Of a stretch of DNA of 64,000 bases, positions 1-10,900 are shown piece after piece. Made by a program: the position numbers and the translations under genes. The notes beneath the pieces are model-generated. The model was given only the letters and a program-made list of their open reading frames with translations, made no database searches and had not been told where the DNA came from. How positions within the stretch are numbered: the stretch's first letter is position 1; each line of letters starts with the position of its first letter. The stretch is from an uncultured Acidobacteriota bacterium (lineage in GTDB: Bacteria > Acidobacteriota > Thermoanaerobaculia > Gp7-AA8). The stretch covers positions 768,001-832,000 of the forward strand of contig CAVUKB010000007.1 of assembly GCA_963741955.1 (NCBI GenBank), given 5' to 3'.

Positions 1-297
1 CTTCGGATCGAAGTAGGCCTCGGCGATCTTCTCGTTCGCTTCCAGTACCCGGCGTAATGGCTCCTGGACTCCCCCGTCGCGCGGCTGGTGCATCAACCAC
101 TTCCAACCCGCGTAGCCGGTGCCGACGGCGATGGCTGCGGTGACGAAGCCGCGGCGGCTCATCCGCCGGAGACGCCGCTCGACTTCCGCCTCTTCCGCGG
201 CCCGCCTGGCGGCTTCCGACTGCGCCGGCTCGGGAGGAGTCGGTTCTTCCGTCCCATCGGCTTCTTCCGGTTCCGGCTCTTTGGTGTCTTCCGTCAT
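1..297 (-). CDS. Molybdopterin-dependent oxidoreductase (sulfite oxidase/MsrP-like), N-terminal part, truncated by window edge
   Basis: Not in the ORF track. ATG at 297 overlaps the cytochrome b stop (ATGA). Translation MTEDTKEPE...RRMSRRGFVTAAIAVGTGYAGWKWL...LRRVLEANEKIA has a twin-arginine motif and hydrophobic helix; pairing with a cytochrome b is typical. The catalytic domain is outside the window. Confidence 0.6.
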   Translation of the reverse strand, partial: MTEDTKEPEPEEADGTEEPTPPEPAQSEAARRAAEEAEVERRLRRMSRRGFVTAAIAVGTGYAGWKWLMHQPRDGGVQEPLRRVLEANEKIAEAYFDPK

Positions 298-1028
298 CGT
301 GCCTCCGTCGCCACGCTCGATGCGGGCGTGGACTCCGGCTCTTCGGATTCCGGTTCGGGTGGAACCGGATCGGCGATCTCGACCATTTCCCAGCCGATGA
401 TCATGGCCCGGAAATTGTTCCACCCTGCTCGGATCACCTGCGCGACATGAATGACGAAGAATGCGACGTAGCCGGCCGTGAGCCAGAAGTGGAAGAAGCG
501 AGCCATCGGATACCCGCCGAGGATCGCCACGAGCCAGGAGAGCTGAACCGGTTTGTAGATCGCGAGACCGGTGATCAGGGAGCCGGCACCCATCACGATG
601 ATCGCGGTGTAGGCGATCTGCTGTGCGCCGTTGTATTTCCTTCGTGGCGGCGGCTCCTTCCGGATGTGGAGGTCGTGGAGAAGCACCCGCCACGCCTCGG
701 CGAACGAGCGGCGGCTCGGAACCAGCTCGCGCCATTCTCCGGAGATCGCGGTGTAGAGGACGTAGAGAAGTCCATTCACCGCGAACAGCCACATGAAGAA
801 GAAGTGCCACGCCATTCCCATCGCCAGCCGGTTGTTCACATGAAGGGAGCGGTAAATGTCCTGAGAGACGGTGAGCCTGGCGAGCGTGAAGTCACCGATT
901 GCGATGCGGTAGACGGGATAGGCCCAGTAGATCAGGAGCCCGCTCACCACCATCAGCGACAGGATCGGAACGTTGATCCAGTGGAACCAGCGGATCGCGA
1001 GCGGATGCTTCTTGTCCAGCCTCTTCAT
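294..1028 (-). CDS. Cytochrome b/b6-domain membrane subunit (thiosulfate reductase/Ni-hydrogenase cyt b family)
   Basis: HPLAIRWFHWIN, WHFFFMW, KYNGAQQIAY, RFFHF...HV heme-ligand motifs; about 4 TM helices. Confidence 0.85.
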   Translation of the reverse strand: MKRLDKKHPLAIRWFHWINVPILSLMVVSGLLIYWAYPVYRIAIGDFTLARLTVSQDIYRSLHVNNRLAMGMAWHFFFMWLFAVNGLLYVLYTAISGEWRELVPSRRSFAEAWRVLLHDLHIRKEPPPRRKYNGAQQIAYTAIIVMGAGSLITGLAIYKPVQLSWLVAILGGYPMARFFHFWLTAGYVAFFVIHVAQVIRAGWNNFRAMIIGWEMVEIADPVPPEPESEEPESTPASSVATEAR

Positions 1029-1157
1029 GCGGTCTCGGATTCTCTGATGCCCGCCCGGCGAGCGGAGTTACGCCGGGTGGGATCCCCTGATCGAATATGC
1101 CGGGATGATCCGATTCTACGACGGATCTCCCCGTTCCGCGGGATTACAATCCCGACC

Positions 1158-1684
1158 GTGAGACTCCGCGCCGTTGCGGCGATTCTTTTTGCGCTGTTGC
1201 TCGTCGTCTCATGTGGGCGTCCGGTCGGAGACTCGGTCATTCCTCCTCCCGCCTTGACGGCGTCCATTGATGAGACGGCACTGGAGTTTCCCACCGGACA
1301 GATTCTCTCGTACGGCGAGGTGAGGGCGCGGACATGGATCGTCTCTCCCTCTTTCGAAGCGGTACAGCGGTTCGCTTCGCCCCTCCGGACCACGGCGCCA
1401 TCGACATGCAGGCGCTCTCGGATCTCGGCGAAGGGTCGGGTCTGCAGTTGAACTGGCGCGACCCGGCCACTCTGGAAGTGGCGGCGGCGAGTTGCGACGG
1501 AAGGCATCTGCTGCGCGCCGGCGGTCCGGATGCGGCGGCATTCAGCATCGAATGCATCGAAGCGGCGTGGCTCGACCAGGACCGGATTGCGCTGGTGCAG
1601 CCGGACGAAGATGGAGCAGGAAGGATCGCGGTGGCCGACCTGCGGAACGGATCGACTCGACCGACGCTGGCGGAGAGTGCGTGA
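1158..1684 (+). pseudogene. Lipoprotein with apparent frameshift near 1380
   Basis: GTG 1158 gives RLRAVAAILFALLLVVSC (lipobox). Protein-like sequence continues in the 1334..1684 frame after the C run at about 1380. Confidence 0.45.
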
Positions 1685-1703
1685 GCTCGACGTTTCCCGG
1701 CGC

Positions 1704-2492
1704 TCAGTCGAGGAACGCGACCGCGGTCCAGATCGCTGCGATCCCGCCGAGGAGTGCCACCGTCTCGACCAGGGCGAACCCCCGCCGCCGGTGACTGTGG
1801 ATCTCCGGGATGATGTCGGACGAGGCGATGTAGATGAAGAATCCGGCGGTGAGCGAGATGAAGATCGGCATCAGGCCGACCACGGCCTTTCCGATGAAGT
1901 ACGTGGCGACCGCGCCGACCATGGTCGCGAGGGCCGAGACGACGTTGAACACGAGCACTTTCGTTCGCGACAGACCGCGATGGAGAAGGATGCTGAAGTC
2001 ACCGATCTCCTGCGGGATCTCGTGAGCTGCCACGGCGATGGAAGTGACGATGCCGAGGTGAATGCTGATGAGGAACGTCCCGGCGATCACGATACCGTCG
2101 ATGAAGTTGTGCACCGTGTCGCCGAAGACGATCAGCGGAATGGTCACCGAATCCTCGTCGGGAGGACAGGGATCCGCGTGCACGTGCTCGGGGCCGTGCT
2201 CGTGGGTGTGCTCATGATGGTGGTGAAACCACCGGACGAATCGTTCCAGGATGAAGAAGACCACGATTCCGGCGAGGGTCAGGGCGAAGACGTTCCATCC
2301 GTTACTCACGCGCTGCGCCTCGGGGAGGAGATCGAGGAATGCGGTGCCGAGAAGCGTCCCGGCCGCGAATGGCGCGAGGACGCTCCCGAGCTTCTCGGCG
2401 AATCCTTCACGGGAGAGGAGGACCACGCCTCCCACCAGCGAGACGATGCTGCCGATGAAGGAGAAGAGGAGAATATAGCCGAGTGTCGACAT
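1704..2492 (-). CDS. ZIP family metal transporter
   Basis: His-rich loop HHHHEHTHEH, HNFIDG and HEIPQEIGD signature motifs, multiple TM helices. Confidence 0.93.
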   Translation of the reverse strand: MSTLGYILLFSFIGSIVSLVGGVVLLSREGFAEKLGSVLAPFAAGTLLGTAFLDLLPEAQRVSNGWNVFALTLAGIVVFFILERFVRWFHHHHEHTHEHGPEHVHADPCPPDEDSVTIPLIVFGDTVHNFIDGIVIAGTFLISIHLGIVTSIAVAAHEIPQEIGDFSILLHRGLSRTKVLVFNVVSALATMVGAVATYFIGKAVVGLMPIFISLTAGFFIYIASSDIIPEIHSHRRRGFALVETVALLGGIAAIWTAVAFLD

Positions 2493-2538
2493 GGACGGGT
2501 CCGGTCCGGACCGCTCCTTTTAGCATTGTTCTCTCCTA

Positions 2539-2573
2539 TTGACAATTCTCCGCAAATGGAGAATCATTCTCCA
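2539..2573 (+). promoter_or_regulatory. -35 TTGACA plus Fur/PerR-type palindromic operator upstream of perR
   Basis: TTGACA 2539-2544; perfect 8-1-8 inverted repeat TGGAGAAT-C-ATTCTCCA 2557-2573. Confidence 0.75.
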
Positions 2574-2574
2574 A

Positions 2575-3024
2575 ATGGAACGATCCGCCACCATCGTGAA
2601 GGAATGCATGGACGATCTCGGCCGCCGCTGTCGCGAGGCCGGGATGAACATGACCCCTCAACGGATGGCCGTCTACAAGGCGCTCCTCGAGAGCCGCGAG
2701 CATCCCTCGCCGGAGATGCTCTACCGCCGGGTCCGTCGCTCCATGCCGTCCCTCTCCCTCGCCACGATCTACAAGACGCTCGACACCCTCGAGGGCCTCG
2801 GGCTGGTGCGGGAGGTCGCAGTCGGCAGCGAGACCAGGCGTTACGACGCGAACATGCACCAGCACCACCACCTGGTCTGTTCGTCGTGCCACAAGATCAT
2901 GGATTACTACGATGACGGTCTGGACCGACTTCTCCCGTCGAAAATGGCCGGATTCGTGCCGCGGGAGATCAGCATCCGGATCACCGGCGTCTGTGAACCC
3001 TGCAGCCGGAAGTCGAAACGATGA
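2575..3024 (+). CDS. perR: Fur-family peroxide-responsive regulator (PerR-like)
   Basis: TPQR, HPSPE, SLATIYKTL, HHHLVCSSC and CEPC motifs; directly upstream of rubrerythrin. Confidence 0.85.
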   Translation: MERSATIVKECMDDLGRRCREAGMNMTPQRMAVYKALLESREHPSPEMLYRRVRRSMPSLSLATIYKTLDTLEGLGLVREVAVGSETRRYDANMHQHHHLVCSSCHKIMDYYDDGLDRLLPSKMAGFVPREISIRITGVCEPCSRKSKR

Positions 3025-3034
3025 CGAAATTTTT

Positions 3035-3061
3035 TTGACAGCAGACGGAGAATGATTCTCC
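3035..3061 (+). promoter_or_regulatory. -35 TTGACA plus second Fur/PerR operator upstream of rubrerythrin
   Basis: TTGACA 3035-3040; GGAGAAT-G-ATTCTCC 3047-3061, same core as the site at 2557. Confidence 0.75.
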
Positions 3062-3101
3062 ACAAATAACTGGTCGACGGCAGGAAAAGGAGGAGGACAT
3101 C

Positions 3102-3521
3102 ATGGCCGAGCTGAAGGGAAGCAAGACGTTCGACAACCTCAAGGAGGCGTTCGCTGGAGAATCGATGGCGAACCGCCGTTACCTCTATTTCGCACGTCTG
3201 GCCGACGTCGAGGGGCATCCGGACGTCGCCGGTCTCTTCCGCGACACGGCGGAAGGGGAGACCGGACACGCGCACGGACATCTCGACTATCTGAAGGTCG
3301 TCGGCGATCCCGCCACCGGTCTTCCCATCGGCGAGACGAAGGTGAACCTGAAGGCCGCGATCGCCGGCGAGACGCACGAGTACACGGACATGTACCCGGG
3401 AATGGCGAAGACCGCCCGCGACGAGGGATTCTCCGAGATCGCGGACTGGTTCGAGACGCTCGCCCGTGCCGAGAAATCTCACGCCGGCCGCTTCCAGAAA
3501 GGACTCGATTCGATCGGGTAG
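3102..3521 (+). CDS. rbr: Rubrerythrin, short ferritin-like form without rubredoxin domain
   Basis: [39 protein letters not shown] di-iron motifs; strong SD AGGAGGAGG. Confidence 0.95.
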   Translation: MAELKGSKTFDNLKEAFAGESMANRRYLYFARLADVEGHPDVAGLFRDTAEGETGHAHGHLDYLKVVGDPATGLPIGETKVNLKAAIAGETHEYTDMYPGMAKTARDEGFSEIADWFETLARAEKSHAGRFQKGLDSIG

Positions 3522-3633
3522 ATACCCGAGGAGCACGAAGCGAGGCAAGGAGTCGTCCTGCAGGAACAGGATGGCATCGGGGAGGAGAGGGGGCATCCTC
3601 TCCTCCCCGCCCACCGGAGGAGTTCGACTTTTC

Positions 3634-4242
3634 ATGACCGAACGAAGAAGGAACACCGTCGACCGCAGCGAGATCCTCGACCTCGGCGACTACGAGCGCC
3701 GTCGCGACCAGATCCGTCCGTCCGCGATCCAGGCCCGTCACATCCGCAGGGTGAGCATCGGCCCCAACGCCACTCTCTCGTTCGAAAACCGCGAGACTGT
3801 GCGCTATCAGATCCAGGAGATGCTGCGCGCAGAGCGGATCGCAAAAGATGTCGAGGTGCAGCACGAGATCGATTCCTACAGCGATCTTCTTCCGGCACCT
3901 GCCGAGCTCTCTGCGACGCTGATGTTCGAATTTCCGGAGCCGCAGGAGCGGGCGGTCCACCTCGAGAATCTTCTCGGCGTGGAGAACCATCTCGGGCTGG
4001 AGATCGAAGGCGCGGGGCGCGCGGAGGGATACTTCGACCGGAGGCAGCTCGACGATGACCGGGTCAGCTCGGTCCAGTTCGTTCGCATCCCGCTCGACGA
4101 GAAACAGCTGAAAGCCCTGGAAGAGGGAAAGAAACTCACCGCGGTCATCGACCATCCTCAGTACGAGCACCGCAGCGAGATCCCGCCGGAGACGGTCGCT
4201 GCGTTGCTGCGCGATCTGGACGAATCGGAACAGACGGCCTGA
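3634..4242 (+). CDS. DUF3501 family protein
   Basis: GPNATLSFENRETVRYQIQEMLRAE, ELSATLMFE, SSVQFV motifs; rubrerythrin context; SD GGAGGAG. Confidence 0.85.
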   Translation: MTERRRNTVDRSEILDLGDYERRRDQIRPSAIQARHIRRVSIGPNATLSFENRETVRYQIQEMLRAERIAKDVEVQHEIDSYSDLLPAPAELSATLMFEFPEPQERAVHLENLLGVENHLGLEIEGAGRAEGYFDRRQLDDDRVSSVQFVRIPLDEKQLKALEEGKKLTAVIDHPQYEHRSEIPPETVAALLRDLDESEQTA

Positions 4243-4244
4243 CC

Positions 4245-5525
4245 ATGTACGACCTCCGGGATCCGAAGTTCTACGATGAAAACGAAGTCGAAGCCGAGCT
4301 TCGACGGGTGTTCGACGTCTGTCACACCTGCCGGATGTGCTTCAACTACTGCCCCTCCTTTCCCTCTCTCTTCGACGCGATCGACCGGCACGAGCGCAGT
4401 GGCGAAGGGGAAGTGGATGCGCTGACGAAGCCGGAGCTCGATGAAGTGGTCGACCTCTGCTACCAGTGCAAGCTCTGCTACGTGAAGTGCCCCTACACCC
4501 CGCCGCACAAGTTCATGCTCGACTTCCCGCGCCTTATGCTGCGGGCGAAAGCCGCCCGGGCGAAGCGCGCAGGGGTGACGTTGCCGGATCGCTTTCTCGG
4601 CAATCCCGATCTCAGCGCGCGGCGGTCCACCGGTCCGCTCGCGCGATTCGTCAACTGGATGAACCGCCAGAGGGTGGTGCGCGTGCTGATGGAAAGAACG
4701 GTGGGAATTCATCGCGATCGCATGCTTCCCGAATTCGCGACCGAAACGTTCGAGAAATGGATGAAGCGTCATCGCCAACCGAACGTTGCGGGAGAGAATC
4801 GCGTCGCGATCTTCGAGACGTGTTCGGTCAACTACAACTACCCGAACATCGGCATTGCCGCGGTTCAGGTTCTCGAACGGAACGGCAAGACGGTCCTCCG
4901 CCCACGGCAGGTCTGCTGCGGGATGCCGGCACTCGACGGCGGAGACGTCGATCTCGCCGTGGCGAACGCGCGGAAGAACGTCGATGTCCTCTACCCGCTG
5001 GTGAAAGAAGGCGTGCCGATCCTCGTACTCGGCCCGACCTGCGGATACGTCATCAAGAAAGAGTGGCCGGATCTTCTCGGGACGGAAGAAGCGAAGGCGG
5101 TCGCCGAGAAGACGTTCGACATCGGCGAGTATCTCGCGAAGGAAAAGGCGGCGGGGCGGCTCGACACGAGCTTCAGCGTTCCGCAGGGGAAGCTCGCGTA
5201 CCACATCCCGTGTCATCTCCGCGCACAGAACATCGGGCAGCCGTTCCGGCAGGTGCTTGGCGCGATTCCGGAGACGTCGGTCGAGGCGGTGGAGCAGTGC
5301 TCCGCGGTCGACGGGACGTGGGGGCTGAAGAAGGAGTACTACACGAAGTCACGGCAGTGTGCGGGCAAGCTCTGCGCGGGAATGAAGAACGCGAACGCGG
5401 ACCGGATGATCTCCGACTGCATGTTGGCGGGGCTCAACGTCCTCGAGGAGCTCGGAACGCAGCCGGCGCACCCGATCGAAGTGCTGCGCGACGCGTACGG
5501 CATGAGCGCGGACGACGCGAAGTAG
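4245..5525 (+). CDS. Fe-S oxidoreductase (GlpC/HdrD-like, rubrerythrin-associated)
   Basis: CHTCRMCFNYC and CYQCKLCYVKCP 4Fe-4S motifs, CCG domain, HIPCH. Confidence 0.9.
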   Translation: MYDLRDPKFYDENEVEAELRRVFDVCHTCRMCFNYCPSFPSLFDAIDRHERSGEGEVDALTKPELDEVVDLCYQCKLCYVKCPYTPPHKFMLDFPRLMLRAKAARAKRAGVTLPDRFLGNPDLSARRSTGPLARFVNWMNRQRVVRVLMERTVGIHRDRMLPEFATETFEKWMKRHRQPNVAGENRVAIFETCSVNYNYPNIGIAAVQVLERNGKTVLRPRQVCCGMPALDGGDVDLAVANARKNVDVLYPLVKEGVPILVLGPTCGYVIKKEWPDLLGTEEAKAVAEKTFDIGEYLAKEKAAGRLDTSFSVPQGKLAYHIPCHLRAQNIGQPFRQVLGAIPETSVEAVEQCSAVDGTWGLKKEYYTKSRQCAGKLCAGMKNANADRMISDCMLAGLNVLEELGTQPAHPIEVLRDAYGMSADDAK

Positions 5526-5692
5526 GCGTCAGCTCTGTCCCGCCTGCCGCATCGAGCCGAGGGGAGTCAGGGCTCCCGCCCTGACGTCATTGCGACACGG
5601 GTGTCCGGTGTCGAGAATCGTTTCGGATTGCCGATTTACGCGAGCAGCGCGAAACGGGAAGCACGCCACGGCTCGAGCCGTGGCGGCCCCAC

Positions 5693-5733
5693 CGAACGCC
5701 GAACCTCGAGGCTCGAGCCCCGAGCCTCGACCT
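5693..5733. repeat. Degenerate ~7-mer tandem repeat between convergent genes
   Basis: cgaacgc cgaacct cgagggct cgagccc cgagcct cgacc. Confidence 0.45.
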
Positions 5734-6149
5734 TACAGCGCTTCCAGCACTTTCTTGAGCTTCGTGTTCACTTCCTCAGCCACCGGATCGAGCCCCGGAT
5801 TGCCGACCACGCTGAGCATCTTCTTCGCGTCGATCGCGGCGACCTGGGACGTTTTCGCGTCGACCTCCCTCACGATGACGTTGCAGGGGAGGAGAAGCCC
5901 GATCAGCGGCTCGTTCGTCAGCGCCTGATGGGCAAGCGGCGGGTTGCACGCGCCGAGGATGACGTAACGCTCGAAGTCGGCATTGAGCTTTTCCTTCATG
6001 GTGCGTTTCACGTCGATCTCGGCGAGGACGCCGAAGCCCTGATCCTTCAGCGCTGCTTTCGTTTTCTCCACCGCTTTGTCGTAAGGAAGATCGATGGTCA
6101 CGCTGTATCCGTATTGCTCTTTGCTGATGTTCTCGGTGCTCTGGGCCAT
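5733..6149 (-). CDS. DUF302 domain protein
   Basis: GFGVLAEID, YVILGACNP, IGLLLPCNVIV motifs. Confidence 0.92.
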   Translation of the reverse strand: MAQSTENISKEQYGYSVTIDLPYDKAVEKTKAALKDQGFGVLAEIDVKRTMKEKLNADFERYVILGACNPPLAHQALTNEPLIGLLLPCNVIVREVDAKTSQVAAIDAKKMLSVVGNPGLDPVAEEVNTKLKKVLEAL

Positions 6150-6203
6150 GATTCACCTCCTGCTTCAGTCGTCTCACGCGGCGACCGCCGCGCCTCAGTA
6201 ACC

Positions 6204-6392
6204 TCACCTGAATTTCGTCTCGTGGCGGATGACCGTCTCCTCGCGCCCGGACGACTCGACCTCGTCGCTCTCCCACAATCCGCACTGCGGACAGCGCGGC
6301 TCTCCGGTCGGAGAGGGGTCGGCGACGCCCGCTTCGAATACGGTTCCGCAGAGGCGGCATTTTCGAAGGATGTCGTTGCAGCAGCGGCTCAT
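6204..6392 (-). CDS. Small zinc-ribbon protein (FmdB-like)
   Basis: CRLC...CPQC plus N-terminal CC; ATGA overlap with the upstream methyltransferase stop. Confidence 0.6.
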   Translation of the reverse strand: MSRCCNDILRKCRLCGTVFEAGVADPSPTGEPRCPQCGLWESDEVESSGREETVIRHETKFR

Positions 6393-6985
6393 CGTGATTC
6401 TCTCTCCGGTGCTTTCGCAGTGACGAGATAGCTGTACTCGCCCAGATTCGTTTCGGCGGCCTCCCGGAATCCGTGACGCTCGATCCGTTCCCGCGCATCG
6501 CGCGATGGAATCCGATGATCGAGGGGAGGGCCGGGCGGCTGCTGGACGTCGGGACGCCAGTCGAGGATCGCCAGCGTTCCGCCGGGGCGGAGGATCCGTT
6601 CGATCTCCTTCGTGGCCGCGTCGAGATCGTCGATCTCGTGCCAGAGATTCGCGAGGAGAACGACGTCGACGGAGTGGTCGCCGAGCGTGGTCGCGTCCGC
6701 GCGGCCGAGTCGCGTCTCGACGTTCGACGGCGCCGCGGCGTCGCCGAGCTTCCGTCGAAACAGCTCCAGCATCTCCGGCTGGAGATCGACTCCGATCACC
6801 CGTCCGTTCGGAGTCCGCCGGGCCATCGGAATCGCGAAGTACCCGGTTCCTACGCCGATGTCCGCGATCACGTCACCGTCGCGGATTCCGAACCGATCGA
6901 GGATCGGATCGATCGGAAGCCATTTCGTCCGTTCCGGATCTTCGAGCTTGTGTGCCTTTGCCGGATCGAATACCCGGTCGTGCAT
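6389..6985 (-). CDS. Class I SAM-dependent methyltransferase
   Basis: IADIGVGTGYF motif I, GVDLQPEM, LRPGG, DW...GPP. Confidence 0.9.
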   Translation of the reverse strand: MHDRVFDPAKAHKLEDPERTKWLPIDPILDRFGIRDGDVIADIGVGTGYFAIPMARRTPNGRVIGVDLQPEMLELFRRKLGDAAAPSNVETRLGRADATTLGDHSVDVVLLANLWHEIDDLDAATKEIERILRPGGTLAILDWRPDVQQPPGPPLDHRIPSRDARERIERHGFREAAETNLGEYSYLVTAKAPERESR

Positions 6986-7060
6986 GAAGTCATTTCCTCC
7001 CACGCAGGGTCTGTCGGGAGCCGACGAGTCCGTGACGTCGCAAATTCCGATCCACTGCCG

Positions 7061-7939
7061 TCAGGCGGCCCGGGTGGCTGCTTCCGCCCGGCGTACGACG
7101 GTGAGCACGGGAGCGGGGGAATGCCGGGTGAGCCGGACGGTGGTCGAACCGATCACCGTCGCATCGGAGAAACGACGGTGCTGTGCGCCGACGACCACGA
7201 GATCACCCGCGACCTCCCGGACGTACTGGATGATCCGTTCCGCCGGGTCGTGCTCCATGGTGAGGTCCTGGAAGTGGCAGTTGCGCGCGACATCTTTTGG
7301 AACCCACTCACAGATCCGCTTCATCTCCTCGTCGTGCGGCACATCGGAATGAGGCTCGACCACGTGAAGGAGATAGAGCTCGGAGCCGAACGTGCGGGCG
7401 AGCGAGACCGCGTGGATGAGCGAATCGTGAGCCACCTCGGAGAAATTCACCGGGCAGACGATTCGTCGCGGAGGAGCCACTTCTCCCGCGCCGTCGGAAC
7501 GGGCAGTGAGAACGGGACGGTCGGTCTCTCGCAATACACGCTCGGTGACGGAACCGAGCATGATCCGGCTGAAGCCGCTGCGGCCGTGAGTTCCCATCAC
7601 GATCAGATCGACGTTCCTTTTCTCCGCCACGTTGGTGATGGCCGGAAACGGGACGTCCTCCATGATCAGCGATTGCACCGGGATCGAGGGACCGACGTGG
7701 CGCCGTGCGTATTCGCGCAGCTGTTCCGCGGCGAGCTCCTTCGACTTCTCCAGACTCTCAGCCAGCTCCTCGGCCTGGAGAGAGGTGAAGTAGGGAGGAG
7801 GGAGGAACGGGTCGGCGTACAGCAGACAGATCGAGCTGCCGTAGCGCGTCGCGATCATCTGCGCGAACTCGAGAGCATGCGTCGCGAGGTCGCTGAAGTC
7901 CGTGGGGACGAGAATTTTTTTCGGTTCGAAGTTTTCCAT
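7061..7939 (-). CDS. Universal stress protein (tandem Usp domains)
   Basis: KILVPTDFS, DLIVMGTHGRSG...GSVTERVL; second domain VCPVNFS...IGST. Confidence 0.93.
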   Translation of the reverse strand: MENFEPKKILVPTDFSDLATHALEFAQMIATRYGSSICLLYADPFLPPPYFTSLQAEELAESLEKSKELAAEQLREYARRHVGPSIPVQSLIMEDVPFPAITNVAEKRNVDLIVMGTHGRSGFSRIMLGSVTERVLRETDRPVLTARSDGAGEVAPPRRIVCPVNFSEVAHDSLIHAVSLARTFGSELYLLHVVEPHSDVPHDEEMKRICEWVPKDVARNCHFQDLTMEHDPAERIIQYVREVAGDLVVVGAQHRRFSDATVIGSTTVRLTRHSPAPVLTVVRRAEAATRAA

Positions 7940-7973
7940 GACATCTCCAATTTAGGGTCCGGAGCGCCGGACG

Positions 7974-10900
7974 TCACTCCACTCCCGCCGGTTGCAGTTC
8001 TTCCTCGACATTCGGCGCCGGAGCTCGCGAAGGATGTTTGGCTTCCTCGTATTTACGTCGTTCCATCAGGTAATAGAGGATCGGAACGGTCGGAAGCGAC
8101 AGCAGGAGAGACGCCACTCCGCCCGCCATGAGCGAGATCGCCAGCCCCTGGAAGATCGGATCGAACAGGATGACGGTCGCGGCGATGATGACCGCCGCCG
8201 CGGTGAGCATCATCGGCCTGTAGCGGACCGCGCCGGCGTCGATCACCGCCTGCTTGAGCGGCATTCCCTGTTCGAGCCGCAGCTCGATGAAGTCGACCAG
8301 GATGATCGAATTTCGAACCACGATCCCCGCGCCGGCGATGAACCCGATCATCGAGGTTGCGGTGAAGAACGCTCCCATCGCGGCATGGGCCGGGAGGATC
8401 CCCACCAGAGAGAAGGGAATCGCGGCCATGATCGCGATCGGAGTCTTGAACGACTGGAACCATCCGACCACCAGGATGTAGATCAGGATCAGAACCGCGG
8501 CGAAGGCCAGCCCGAGGTCCCGGAAGACTTCGTATGTGATGTGCCACTCGCCATCCCATTTCATCGCGAGCTGGCTGGTGGTGAACGGCTGGCTCGCCAC
8601 GTACCGCCCCAGCCTGTAACCCTCGGGGAGCTGGAGCTCGTCGAGCTGCCGGTTCATTTTCAGGATGGCATAGACCGGACTCTCTTCTTTGCCGGCCACG
8701 TCTCCGGTGACGTAGACCACCGGCATCAGATTCTTGTGATAGATGCTCTTCTCGGCGGTGGTCTTCTCGATGTTCACCAGCTCACCGAGCGGCACGACGT
8801 TCCCCTGACTCCCCATCACCGGAATCGCGCGGAGGTCCGCGATGCTGGAGCGTTCTTCCCGTGGGAGGCGCAGGACGATCGGTACGTCTTCCCGTTCCTT
8901 CGCCTGATGCAGAATTCCGGTCTCCATTCCGCTCAGCGCGATACGGAGAGTGGCGGAGATCTGTTCGGGCGTGACGCCGTCGAGAGCCGCCTTTTCCCGG
9001 TTGATCGCGAAGCGGTACTCGGGCTGGTCGTCTTCGACGTACGAGTCGACGTCGACCACGCCGTCAGTCTTGCGGAAGATATCCTCCACCTGGCGCGCGA
9101 CTTCGCGCTGCCGGTCGTAGTCGGGACCGTAGATCTCGGCGACGAGCGTCTGCAATACCGGCGGGCCGGGCGGAACCTCCGAGACCTTGACGTTCGCGTC
9201 GAACTTCGACGCAATCTCATCGACCCGGGGGCGGATGCGCTTCGCGATGTCGTGGCTCTGCGCACTCCGGTCGCCCTTCGGAAGAAGATTGACCTGGATG
9301 TCGGCCACGTTCGGTCCCTGCCGGAGGAAGTAGTGACGTACCAGACCGTTGAAGTTGTAAGGCGACGAAGTGCCGACGTACATCTGGAAGTCGGTCACCT
9401 CGGGTACGGTCCGGACGTAGTCTGCGATGGCCCGGGTGGCCGCTGCGGTCTGTTCGAGTGTGGTTCCCTCCGGCATGTCGACCACGATCTGGAAGTCGCT
9501 CTTGTTGTCGAAGGGAAGCATCTTCACCCGGACCAGCTTCAGGGCGAAGAGTGAGACTGCCACGAGCAGGAGTGCGACCACCCCGAACAGGAAACGATTC
9601 CGCCACTTCGAGTCTTCGATGAGCGGGTTCATCACCCGCCGGTAGACGCGGATGATCGCGCCTTCTCCGTGTGCCGCACCGTCGCGGCTCTTCTTGAGGA
9701 GCTTCAGGCTCGCCCACGGGGTGACCACGAACGCGACCATCAGCGAAAAGATCATCGCTGCGGAGGCGCCGACCGGAATCGGACGCATGTAGGGTCCCAT
9801 CAGTCCGCGCACGAATCCCATCGGGATGATGGCGGCGATGACGGTGAACGTCGCGAGAATGGTCGGGTTTCCCACTTCGTCCACGGCCTCCACCGCCACG
9901 TCGATGATGGGCCGGTTCCGATTCTCCGGGAGCCGGTAGTGACGGACGATGTTCTCGACCACCACGATCGCGTCGTCGACGAGGATGCCGATGGAAAAGA
10001 TCAGGGCGAAGAGGGTGACGCGGTTCAGGGTGTATCCGGTGAGATAGAAGATCGCCAGGGTCAGGGCGAGAGTGACCGGAATGGCGGTGGCGACGATGCC
10101 GGACTCGCGAAGCCCGAGGGTGAGCCAGATCAGCAGCGTCACCGAGGCGATCGCGATCAGCATGTGGAAGAGGAGCTCGTTCGACTTCTCTTCCGCAGTC
10201 TTACCGTAGTTGCGGGTCACGGTCACGTTCACGTCGGACGGAATGAGGTTGCCCTTCAGACCGTCGACCTTTTCGATCACCTTGTCGGCGATCTCGATCG
10301 CGTTGGTTCCCTTCCGCTTCGAGACGGAGATGGTGACTGCCGGATCGACTCCGGAGCTGTCTGCCGCCGATGCCGATTCACTCGCCGCACCCTTGCCGAA
10401 GAAAACGTAGTCGGCCGGTTCGGCGGGGCCGTCGACGATCTTCGCGATATCGCGAAGGTAGACCGGCTTCTGATTGAACGCTCCTACCACGACGCTGCCG
10501 ACATCGTCGGCGGTATTGAGAAAGCCGCCCGTCTGTACGGCGAACTCGCGGTTTCCGGATGCGAAGCTTCCGGACTGCATCTGACGGTTGGTCTGCTGAA
10601 GCAGAGGGACGAGCATCGCCGGTGCGACGTGGAAGGAGGCCATCCGTCCCTCGTCGAGAAGGACGCGGAGCTGGCGCTGCTGTCCACCGATGATCTTCAC
10701 CTCGGAGACGTCGGGAATCTCTTTGATCTGGTCGTGAAGCTGCGCGGCGACGCGCCGGAGGGTGTAGTGATCATAGCGTCCGCTGGAGAGCGTGAGCGCG
10801 AGGATCGGCACGTCGTCGATCGAGCGAGGCTTGATCAAAGGCGGCATCGCACCCGGAGGGATCTGATCCGAGTTCGCATGGAGCTTGTCGTTGAGCCGGA

